From: Adineta vaga | Taxonomy: Eukaryota; Animalia; Rotifera | Reading direction: 5' to 3' | NCBI GenBank assembly: GCA_021613535.1 | Contig: CP075496.1 | Span: 11,594,001-11,658,000, forward strand | DNA: 64,000 nucleotides | Shown: positions 52,486-64,000 of the stretch, piece after piece | Layout of the letters: each line of letters opens with the position of its first letter | How positions within the stretch are numbered: the first letter of the stretch is position 1 | The notes under the pieces: model-generated | What the model was told of the DNA's origin: nothing | What the model saw: only the letters and a program-made list of their open reading frames with translations | Databases searched by the model: none | Made by a program: the position numbers and the translations under genes

Positions 52486-53988
52486 TTAATTTGAATGTGA
52501 TAGACGTGTTGATGACATAGGTAATAAACGATGACTTAAGTAAATACTATTTTGACGATCTTGTAGTGTTTTTTGATTACCAAAGGAAAAATATCGTCGC
52601 AGTAAGGAACAACTGAATAGGCGTACAACTTCATTACGAAATCGTTGACCACAAATGGCATAAACAAAGAAATTGACACAGAATGATGCAAAAAACCAAA
52701 GACGCGCAATGTTAACTGCAGTAAGCATCCATTCTGGTTGTTTTGGAATAAATAGAAAACAGAATAATAATAAATGATAAGGTAAATTAAAAACAAGAAA
52801 AACAGTCGATGCTGCTAGTAACATTTTCGTCGTTTTTGCTGATGCTGTTGGACGACATTGAGTCGAACGAATACGGATTGTCGTACTCATATCTTGTAAT
52901 GGAACATGCCTTGGTGAAAGCGCACATGGTAACGAATAATTACGTCTTGTTCGGGTCTGTCGCTGTAATGGCTGAACAGATAAATAAATGTTATCTTGTT
53001 GGTGCTGCTGCTGTTGTTGTATTAGATTATTGACTTCACTGTGAATATTATTTGTTGATATACTAATTGTATTAATACTAGTCGTCGTATTTCCATTATT
53101 CAATTGAGACAATGGAAGTGCCTCAGATCCTGATTGTCCCGATGAATTTATTGATGTTTTAGCAGAAAGAGACATACCAGGTGTTGAAATATTTGCAAGC
53201 GATGATTTTTGTCCGAAAGTGAATTTTGAATTAAGTTTATAAACAATAGCTAAATTCATACAAGCTATACATGAAAATGGGATAATAAATGTAAATAATG
53301 TATCCAAGACAAGAAATGGAAATAATAATGGTTTGTCTCGATCTTCTTCACATGAAACGATATTAGTTGTATTCGAACGAAATTTTGTTGTTGTTACAGG
53401 AAATGATAACGAATAAAATGAACATGCAAAGATTAATAATGCAAATGCAAGAATACGATTTGTACGTTGTTTTAGAAAATTTGTTGCTTTAATTGGAAAG
53501 AAAACGGCGATAAGTCGATGACTTGTATAAGCCAATGTAAAATTGGATGATAAAAATGATGCTATATGACTTAAATAAATCGTTATCATACAAACAGGTA
53601 TTGTCATAACTGGTGCATGTAATGAATCAAGAAAAGCAATAACAAGTATAAGTATAAATATAAGATCAGTTATAGCCAAACATGTTAGAAAAAATGATGA
53701 ACGTAGAGAACGTAAACGTCTTTGTGAAAATACAATAATTGTTGTTGTGTTACCAACCAGACCCGTTAAGGCAATAGCAATATAATATGCTAATTGAAGT
53801 TTAGAAGACAATGCCATACTTACATCAACAACATGAGAATTGAATGATGATAGTGGTGTAGTAGTTGAAAGAGAATCAAAAGGAAGAATATGTGTTAATG
53901 AAACTGAAGAATTGTTAGATGTATTGTATACATCTTGTGAACTAGAAAGAAAAGAGCATTTATTCTTCATTGTTGTTACTATCATCAC
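52486..53988 (-). CDS. Class A GPCR with an intronless CDS and a long third intracellular loop
   Basis: 'TGLVGNT', 'LAITD', 'SHRLIAVFFP', 'FLVFNLPY', 'VNFFVYAICGQRFR'. Confidence 0.9.
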   Translation of the reverse strand: MMIVTTMKNKCSFLSSSQDVYNTSNNSSVSLTHILPFDSLSTTTPLSSFNSHVVDVSMALSSKLQLAYYIAIALTGLVGNTTTIIVFSQRRLRSLRSSFFLTCLAITDLIFILILVIAFLDSLHAPVMTIPVCMITIYLSHIASFLSSNFTLAYTSHRLIAVFFPIKATNFLKQRTNRILAFALLIFACSFYSLSFPVTTTKFRSNTTNIVSCEEDRDKPLLFPFLVLDTLFTFIIPFSCIACMNLAIVYKLNSKFTFGQKSSLANISTPGMSLSAKTSINSSGQSGSEALPLSQLNNGNTTTSINTISISTNNIHSEVNNLIQQQQQHQQDNIYLSVQPLQRQTRTRRNYSLPCALSPRHVPLQDMSTTIRIRSTQCRPTASAKTTKMLLAASTVFLVFNLPYHLLLFCFLFIPKQPEWMLTAVNIARLWFFASFCVNFFVYAICGQRFRNEVVRLFSCSLLRRYFSFGNQKTLQDRQNSIYLSHRLLPMSSTRLSHSN

Positions 53989-56900
53989 CGTCGTCGTCTT
54001 CTTCTTTTTACCTTTTACCTCTCCTTTTTTATTCTCTTTTTCACCGATAAAAAAGAATTTTAAAGTTAGACATAATTATATCCTATCATTTTTACTCAAC
54101 TCTACTATATACAAAAAGAAAAGAAGGAAAGTGCTAAAATTTTGATAGTTTTTTTTTTCCTTCATTCATTTAATAATACTTCACTTGGAAATTATACTAA
54201 CAAAATAATATTTATAAAAAATATTGAAACAAGAAAAGTAAATCCTTATGACTTGATCTATCTGTTTGTTTATTTAACAGAAATATAATTCCGCATAGAT
54301 GATTTCTCGAATAAATACTTATCTTTTGGTGTGCATGGAATACCAAATCAGTTTTCTTACTGCTTTTGTTATTATTATTATTGTGTTTTTTTTTTCGTCT
54401 AATCAACAGTTGTGTATAACAATTACAAACTAATTGACAGAGCAACTTAGCAACTGTGATTTTCATGAAAAATGCTGTTTGATATAATCTATATTATTAA
54501 ATAATTTAACTTAGAGAAAAAAATCGATGACATAGCTCATTGAAAACTTGTGATAGAATAATTCTATGAAGGAAAAGAAACCATTCTATTATTCAACTTA
54601 ATTAAACAAAGCTATGGTTGAGTTTCTTCACATAATCTAGATAAAATAAATAAACCATTCAAAATTTGTTTAAATTTTGTCTCTTTAAATAACAATCGAT
54701 GATGCTTATCGAAACGATTATATTTATTTCGATTAAAATCCTAGTTGACGAAAAAGAAAAAACAATTCTGTCTATTACTAATATATCTGTATTGTATGAT
54801 GAAGAGTATGAAAAAAGTTTTCCTTATTATTATACTATATAAACAAACAAAAGAAGAAAGAAAGAAAAAACAATATTGTTCTAGTGACATATCTTTGTCT
54901 TTTGTGTTGATTCTATCGTAATGATTACTAACTGGAAGTTAATTTAGCAAAGTTTTCTCTTGTGAACAATAATTTGTTTGTATTTTTGTTTCTTAAGGAA
55001 AGCTAATTGGAAATAATAAAACGGAAATAAAAGAATAGTTAGATATATTAAAGGAAGTGTTGTCTTTTCAATGATCTTTTACGTTTGTTCGAATAGATTA
55101 CTCATATAACAAAGAAAGCGTTTGTTTTGTTTTACCTGTTTTTATGTAGATTCATTTGTTAGTTGTTCGTTTGTCAGCAATTGATTAATTCTTTTAGCTT
55201 ATCTTAACTATTAAGATCCTAGTCCAATATTGAGATGATGTTAATGGTAGTAGAGAAACTAGATAAAGAGAACGAGAACAATATTATGCAGCGTGTTTTA
55301 TTCTCGTTTGTTTTCTGTTTTTTTCTTCTTTCTGATAGATGAATACATTGTATAGATATATACAGAAGTATTGATGACAGAGAGACAAATCATAGATGAT
55401 AGACATATGATAGAAGAGAAAAGAGAATGAGAGAAGGTTACACAGTGATATAGTTGAACTTGTTTCATTTATATATATATATATGTGTGTGTCGATGTAT
55501 TTCTCAGTACGAAATTCAACGTGTTCGTCATAAAAATCTCAATTGAATGAACTGAATACTGTGACAGATGTTGCACAATTATTCTCTTTTGTTCTGTTCG
55601 GAAGAGAAAAAACACACAAATTTGATGAGATTAGATCAATTGATATAAATTCGAGATTTCTTTCTATCGAATAGAACAATGTTATGTTATTCTTATTAAT
55701 CTCTACTTTGATATCGTTAGTAACGTTTAAATAGAAGAAAACAAGGATGAATTTTTGTTTTCTAACTATTGTTTCAATTCTAACCTTTGAAATCGATTGC
55801 ATGTCATTGTTATGCTTGTCTATCCATTAGTGATTCACTACTTAATGGAATTCATTTAGTTCTTTGATACGAGGTGGGTGTATATCCGTCAGTGATACAG
55901 TAAAAACAACTCGACGGTTATTAATTAGGCTTTTTGTTGATTTGAACTGAGAATTAGAAAAAAAATCCTATTCTCTATTAAGGTTTCATTACCGTAGTCC
56001 AATCATAGTTGCTATTGATTCGAAGATAATATTCTTTTTCTATCAAGATGACATCAACATTATCATTCAAAAGGGAGTAACCAACGGTGCAACCTTCATC
56101 ATCGTTGCACAAATGCTGATGTTATTCCTATTTTTTCCTTCTCACTGCAATCTAGAAACTGTCCATAGAGTGCATTTATAGATATGACTATCAATGAATG
56201 GAAAGAAAAAAACTCGTTAGTGACACAACGGAAATAGGAAGAACAGAAAGAATAAAATAGTATTTTCTCGCAAATGAAGAATTTTAAATCTCAACATTAC
56301 TTTTCTGATTCAAACAAATAAAATGTAATTGCATGTCTAAGACAAACAGCGAGATTAGTATCTAAAATTAACTTCACGGTGGGTGAGAAAAATGTTTCTT
56401 AAAACAAGAAAAACATTTGCTTAAAATAGAGTTTCCAAGTCGATATTACGTAGGATGACAGTTTCAAATTGAAATTCGTCGGAAGGAAATGATAATTTCA
56501 GTGACATATTTATGATTTCTTTTTCTATCAGAAATTAATAGAATTTCAACTACAAACCATTCCATCTACTATCCTTTCTGGTCAATGATTTGCTTTGTCT
56601 TTAGTTCTTAAATCATACGTTTCATGCTTATTTAAGAAACACGATCCTACGCTTGTAATCGAAATCCTTTTCTCTTCTATTCATATCCCAATGAAACTAG
56701 AGAAGATATTCCCACGATTTACATCTTCATATTTCCTTCGATATAAAGCATCATTTAAGAAACGGTCAACAACATATATACATATATATATATATACATT
56801 TACAGACTACCAGATATCATTTGATGAACCCATTAATTCTCAGAAAACTTTGTTTTTTTTTCTATATGAATAAAAATTTAAATAATACAAATAGATCACC

Positions 56901-58114
56901 AGTTATTTACTGTAGAAGACAAAACTCTTACCTTGTTCGCCACGACATTGCTATATGTTGTATTAGCATAACATAAAAGCAATAAAATATGCGAGTGAAA
57001 ATATTTCGTATAATTCTATAGTGTTATTCAGCTGTTGCCAACTTCCCGAAAAGAGAGGGAGAGAGAGAGAGATAGACTAAATATGTTTCCTTTTGTGCAA
57101 TCAATCAAGAAACCTTCGATTCCCATTTGGATATCTGACAGTTTCTAACAATGCAATTTATAATTCATACGTATGATCGATCATCAATGGACAGTTGTGA
57201 TCCAATAAACTTCCCATATTAGTCGATCTCAAACGACAATTTGATGTATTTTTTATGATATATACGACTGACTTGCGACAACTAATTACAGAACGCCTAC
57301 TAATCGGAATTTCTATGATGGAAATCTATCATATTAAGATATAATCAAATATACAATTTCATCGAAAGAAAAGAACTAATTAATAATATTTATGCTATTA
57401 TTTATTGCTAATAATTAAGAAGCAGCAGGAATGAAGGCAATTCTGTTAGACTATATTCTGTAAAATAAATCAATTTCTTGCATCGAGATAACTATTCTTA
57501 AATACTTACAATTACATACTTTGAGTGCAAATGATCAATATACCCGGGAGATCCTTTTGACTTTTGGAGATATCATGTTTAACAGCACATTGTAAGAAAA
57601 AAGTACATCTCTCGTTCATTATCAACAAATACCTAGATCATCATTATATTCGTAGAATTGTACCCAGACGTTAAAAATACTTTGGAATAATCTGTTAAGA
57701 ACGACAGGATGCTAATGGGAATTAAAAGAAAGAAAAATTAGATGAAGTAAAAGAAATTCAAATGGAAAAACAGCAGACATCTTAGTAAAGTATACACGCT
57801 ATTATAGGATTTAATATTAAATCACAACATTTTCAAAAGTTCCATACTTACGCTTTCATTCTACAAAATATTTCTCAAAGTACAAAGAATTCCTTCATGA
57901 TTACATTTATTTTATTATTAAATTATACTTCATAGTAAAAAAAGAAAACTTTCATTAATTTTGTTTTGTTTTTTTAACTGAAACATATCAATCGATTCGA
58001 AAAACACACTTAATACATTCACACATACATAGAAAAAAAAAGATTAGCAAATAAAAAACCAACAAACACACATAGATAAGAAAAATCTAGAACGAAAACC
58101 AACATATATATGAC

Positions 58115-61100
58115 CTAATTTGGATTATTATTATGACGACGATGACGATGACGATGCGATTGTGCACTACCAGGTGGTATGCTATTTGGATTGGATTCTT
58201 TTAAATGATTTTCGATATTTGAACGAGCTTTTTGTAAAACATCTAATGTTGGTTGGACTAAAATAGAAGAAAATTACCTAGAATGATTATACATAGCAAT
58301 GAATCTATCTATTCTATCGATTTAAACAAAATTCTATCATTTTTTGATCCAATAGATATTGTACCGTATTATCAAATCCTAGTAATCAGTTAGCTACAAA
58401 ATAGTCAACTACAAATATATATATATATATACAATATTCAAAGAATTTAGAAAGCAAACAAGAAGAATTCATTCCGAATAAAACAACAACTATAAACACA
58501 CTTATTAAACAAACATTAGTGAAAAATTAAATTTGACTAATTGGTGAAAGATTTTCCATTCCATTGACAAACAACAAAAAATACTTACGTAGCAATGCCA
58601 TATATTCGTCTGTATCAGTTTTTTTGCGATTCATCTTCTGCAAGAATTAATATTTAGAAGAAAAAGAAAAACGGATAGATACAGATTATCTTCATATTCA
58701 TAAGTGAATAGAAAACCAAAGCAAAACTAACACAAAAAAAGTCATATTTTGATAAACTCACCGTTATTTGAACGAGTAATTGATCAATATATTTCGCATC
58801 TTGTTTATGTTTGTCTTTTAAATGTTGAATTAGTTGAAGATATTTTCTTTGTTGTGACATAAGATTTTCATTCTAAAAAGTTCAAGATTATTTCAATAAG
58901 AATAAAAGCAAATGAAGTTCATACCTCTTCAATCAGACGATGATCACTAAATTGATATTCACCACGTCCATCGTTCTCAGGTAAATTTGCTTGTCGATAT
59001 GTTTCAATTAAATCAAGAGCACGAATTAAATGTTCATCGAATGAAGTCAAAAGTTCTACCAATGATGCGTCATTTGTTGATGAACTCTAAAAATTCAGAT
59101 CTTTATTTAAAATGCATTCATTTCAGAATACATACACTTCGTGATTGTAGACGAGCTTGTAATTGTTGTGCAACAGTTTTCATGTCAAATTTGATTCCTT
59201 CTATAATTTGACGAAGATCATTATGAAACTTGACTTCTCCAACAACATATTGTTTCATAGCTAAAACAGTAAGAAAAATATTTCATAGAAAAATTTCAAA
59301 TAGTTCGATTTGAATACCTCTTCGATGAGAGATATCAACATTTCCAACATTAGCTTCTGATGAAACGACTAATCTTGAACGTTGATCATCAACTATAGTT
59401 GATGATGACGAAAGTAACTGTTCAGTACCAACTAAACCGGAAGCATCGATGACCTGAAGATCTGGATAAGATACTCCATGGCCAGAAAACTTGAATGAAC
59501 GTGGTGATCGTGATTGACGAATATTTTCATCTAATTTCGCTTGTAATTCATTTTGTTTTATAATACTTTGTTCAAGATCATGACGAAGATGACGCATTTC
59601 TTCTAATAATACTGATAATTCACTTGTACGAATAACCATTTCAGTTTTATCATTATCTTAATGATTAAATACAAAGCATTAGAGAAACAAAATACTAAAA
59701 TCTTATATAAAACTTACTATTTGCATGTATTTTTCGTTCTAATATATCAATCTGAGTTGTGTAATGTTCGATTAAAGATTGATAACGTTGATTTTCACTT
59801 TCTAATTGGTTTTTTTCAAGACGTAACCTACGAAGAAGTATATTTTAGTTTAGAATGTTTGATTGCTATTGCATTTCTATTATTACTTTCGATTTTCTTG
59901 TTCATAGTCATTAGTTTTCACTTTGAGTAACTCATATTTTTGAAGTAATTCATCGTTTAGATTATGTCCAGTTGGACTACTGTGATATTGTTGCAACGCA
60001 CTAAAAATAAGATTTATTTTCGAACATTCATACGAAAAAAAACACGATCTTTGAATTACAAAGTTAGAACGAAATGATTCACTTACTGAGCTAGTTCCTC
60101 GTCCAATTGTCTGATTTGTCGATCTTTTTCATCGAGTTTATTATTAAGTTTTCGAATATCATCATCTTTTTGAGATAATTTTTGTCGATATTCATATGAA
60201 TATGTTGTACCACCTATTGTACTATCTCGTTTACTAGATGTTGGTGCTAAAAAGAAACAAAAGAAATACTTTTACACTTCATTATTGAAGATTTTCTTTC
60301 AATTAAATATGACTGTCTTTTTATCTTCATTTTCTATTATTTTTCAAGCAAAAATATAGAGCAGCATTAGCGATATATATGTGTTAGAAAGAAAATAGAA
60401 ATTGTTTGATAGGTAATTCATAAAATTTTTTTTTTCTTTCCGTAACTATCTAGATAAATCGATAAGAATATTAAGAAGTTGAAAATGACTTTCATTGATA
60501 TACATTTTTTTTTGTCATTGCCTTGAATAATATCAATATCTAAATCGATGATATAATCATCGATAGAATTCATCATATGTTCTTTTCTTTCATCGAAGAT
60601 AGGCAAATGAAGATCATGTTTCTAAATGATTGAAAAGATATTGTTTAAATTGATTAGAATCGAATGAAAACAAACTTGAATGATTTGTTCATAGGTTTGT
60701 GAATGCTTTTTTAAGAATTCAATTGATGTTTGTTGATCTTTGAAATGTTTCTCATACTGTTCTAATGTTTGACGATTATTTTCAATAGTTTTATAATGTT
60801 TTTCTAATTCGTTTTTAAGTAACGTTGATTCATTTCGATATGTATCAATGAGAAGATTTAAATTCTAAAATTAAACAAACAAAATTTTCCTAATATAGTC
60901 TGTGAAATATTAATTATTTTACTTGAATTTGTTCATTTAGTTTTTCAATTGTCGGTGATTGAAGTAAATCGGGTGTATTTATACGAACACGCGTTTGTAA
61001 TTGTCGAAGATGTTTACGATTATTACGAATAATTTCTTTTAATTCATCAAGATTAGTTATTTCAGTCAAATCATCATGGATTTTCTTGGATTGATTCAAA

Positions 61101-64000
61101 CCAATTCTCAATGAATCATCTGCACTATGACGACGCTGTGATTAGATGATTCAACTAAACCTAAATAAAAAAAAACGAACGAATAAAGATTAGATTATTC
61201 CGAGAGATCTACGATTGATACGAACCTGCTTCGTACAATAATTTTTGATATTTATTCAATTCTCGTTGATGATTTCGTGATTGACTTTCACTCCGTCCGA
61301 GTTGTTCTGTAAGGCGTGCTAATTTTGTTTGCCATTCAATATTTGAACGTTCCAATAGTGCTATAGTTGACTTGATATTCTTAGATGGTATATCATTTCC
61401 CGTTGATGGTAAATCATGATGTACGGTATTCAGATTTTGTTCTAAGATTTGCAGAGAGAGAAAGGTGTAAAATCAAAGCAAATCGTATTTAATTACAAGA
61501 AGTAGTATTAGATAGAAGAAGAAGATAAAAGAATAAATTTTAAGCAAAAAACCTGATAAAGATCGAGCATTAGCATTGTTTATAACAGAGCGCATAGCAT
61601 TCGTACGAGATTGTTGTATTTTTAATTTGGCAAGTTCATCTTGATAATTAGCTAATTCATGTGTTAATTCTAATCGTGTACTTGAACCATGAATATCGAT
61701 TAAGGCATTCAGTTTACGCCATAGAACTTGATTAACATATTGTTGTCGTCCAAGTTCTTGTCGAACTTGAACTAATTGATTGTGAAGTTCCGTGAGCGAA
61801 GGAAATTTTTCTAATGTTCATTTTCAAGTATAAGAACTCTTCGTATTTGTTTTCTTTAAGTTAAAATACTTACCATTCAATTGCTTATTTAATTCTTGAT
61901 TATGTTGTAACGCTCGCTCAAGTTCAAATAAAAGTTCTTCACGATTCAAATGATCAAGATCAGGTCGTGCTACAAAGAAAGATTGTCTCTTCATATCTTT
62001 ATTTTAATTGAGAATGAATTACTTACATCGGAATTTAGGTTCACGATTTGTTGTTGAAGATCGATCATAGTTTCCCTAAACGAGAGTAAAAATTTCGATC
62101 GATTTTGTTTTAGAATGCAATTGATAATGTATACATCATTGGAAATTTCATGTCGAGCATCTCGAACTTTTTGCTTAAGTTCATCGATTTCCTAGAAAGA
62201 ATATTTTCATTTAACAAGAGATTATTTTGAGATGATGCCTCACTTGATCTTTTTGTCTGATTTGGGTTTCTAACGATCTTACGTGCGCGGATGCATCGAC
62301 ATTGCTTGATTCATTGAATTTTTGTTCTAACATTGAGTAACGCTGTTGTGATCGCTAAAATTGAATATATGTATACGTACATTCGTTTACTTTCCTTTTT
62401 AATTGAAATTACGCGTAAGTCTTCTTTTTGATTAGATGATTCTCGTTCCAATTCTTCGATTTTCGATCCCAGTTGCTTTTTAATTTGCAAAACAAATAAT
62501 AAGACATGAGAAATAGTAGAATAAAAAGAATTTCATTTACCTCGTAACGATCTTGTAATTCAAGGTATTCTCTTTCACTTCGACCAGGAGTTTGACGAGC
62601 TTGACGTAATTTTTCTTCCAATTCACGACTCACAAGTGTTCGATCCTAAACAGATAGATCAAAGTATAAGATTTAATGTTGGTTACTGTTGGAAACAAAG
62701 ATATTTCTCTCTTCTCTTTCTTCACCTTCGTCGGAAATAATGCAGGAAAAGGCTATCGCTTCCTCTACCTTGTTCTTTTGCTTTTCTATGAAAAAGCAAG
62801 TAAGAAAAACCATACAACGCTTTTCTCGCTTTCGTTCTCTTCTCTTTCTTGTTCTTTTATTAATAAAAAAAATGATAATAAACATGCAATGAAGAATGAA
62901 GGAAAGAGAAAAAAAGAACAAATGACAAAGTTTATTATCTTCTTTTACTTCCCTGAAAAAGAATAATAAGTTTTGTCTGCAAACCATCTGTTCTCAGTCG
63001 TAAAATTTAATTAAATTTAGTTTCAACAATACCTCTATGATTTCTTCATTTTGTCGAAGTTTGTTCTTCAAATTCTTGATTTCAAGTTCATATGTATCAA
63101 TATTCTCGCGTGTCGATTCAATATAGGACATCTAAAGAATATCATGTATTTTTTTTTGTATATAAAGAACAAAATTTTACTTCGTCTAAACGGTTTTTTA
63201 GATCTTTGATTTCACGAATACTGCTCTAAAATAAACAATAAAGTATGCATGATTATTGTTTTTTTCTAATTTTACTATCAATCGTACTTCTCTTTCTTCA
63301 ATAACAATTTTAAGATTGATATTCAAAGTTTCATTCGCTTTTTGATATTGTTCAAGATCAAGATGTTGTTCCTGAAAGAATAAGACTCTATTTATTCATT
63401 CGAAAAACCTCCAATTGATCGTACACGAATTGTTTGTTCTGAGTCTTTTAATTCTTTCTTAGCAAGATCTAGTTTTGCTTCTAGTTCATGAATAATTCTT
63501 TGCAGTTCTTGTATGTCTTGTTCTTGTTCTTGAATTGTTAAAGTTTGACTATTTAAAATTTCCTCAGATCGTTTTTCACGATCTCGATGTTCTATTTGTA
63601 ATCTTGCAATTCTATTTATTTCATGATCATCCTAAAAATAAGAAATATATCATTTAAAATTGATTTGAAATGAATTTATTTACTGGTGAAGTAAACGCAT
63701 GACTTCTTTCATTTGTTGTACTATAATTCTGATATAAATTTTCGTCTGTTTGAAGATTGTTTTCTAATGGATTGACGTTTATCTAAATGAAATATAATAT
63801 TTTGATCACGGAAACACTATAGTAAAAAAATACTTGAAGATCTAACTGAACATGATCAGGTTGATCGCTATCGGTACGGTTTCCAGCTTTAAGTTTCTAA
63901 AATTACATGAAATCGTCTATTTAATCTATGAATCTATTAGATACATTACTTCAATATATTTTTCTAATTCTGAAATCTAAATAAACAAAAGAATGATGTT
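58115..64000 (-). CDS. Large coiled-coil protein, CDK5RAP2/PDE4DIP (centrosomin family)-like; 5'-partial, many exons
   Basis: 'LLEEMRHLRHDLEQSIIKQNELQAKLDE', 'QYVVGEVKFHNDLRQII' and CM2-like 'YIDQLLVQI..TLDVLQKARSNIE' recall the myomegalin/CDK5RAP2 C-terminus. Confidence 0.7.

Noticed and set aside
54000-58000. Hidden gene or transposon in the long intergenic region
   Set aside because: Only short ORFs and weak hairpins (e.g. ~56050-56122); no recognisable domain, terminal repeats or target-site duplication

Overview
AT-rich, gene-dense eukaryotic DNA with many short (~50-60 nt) GT-AG introns. The intron style, divergent GPCRs and ART-TPR gene point to a bdelloid rotifer (Adineta/Rotaria-like); this is an inference. 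About 18 protein-coding loci were reconstructed by manual splicing. Recognisable housekeeping genes: TM9SF4, TEX2, a TENT4/PAPD5-7-like polymerase, a PAIP2-like PAM2 protein, a DUF1295 protein, a CDK5RAP2/myomegalin-like 3' half and three rhodopsin-like GPCRs. Unusual loci: (1) a spliced gene fusing a TIR domain that lacks the catalytic Glu to about five bacterial/fungal BTRD1-like (polyglycine-hydrolase-type) repeats; (2) an 8-exon gene joining two C2H2 zinc fingers to BRCA1-like tandem BRCT domains with no RING; (3) an intronless receiver-like/ADP-ribosyltransferase/TPR gene; (4) a DUF4062-NACHT-WD40 gene; (5) an intronless fungal-like GPI-type protein; (6) a doubly frameshifted DUF4140/DUF4139 gene; (7) a tandem pair of tiny two-helix membrane paralogs. 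No rRNA, tRNA, CRISPR array or transposase was recognised. All domain calls rest on motif recognition, not database searches.
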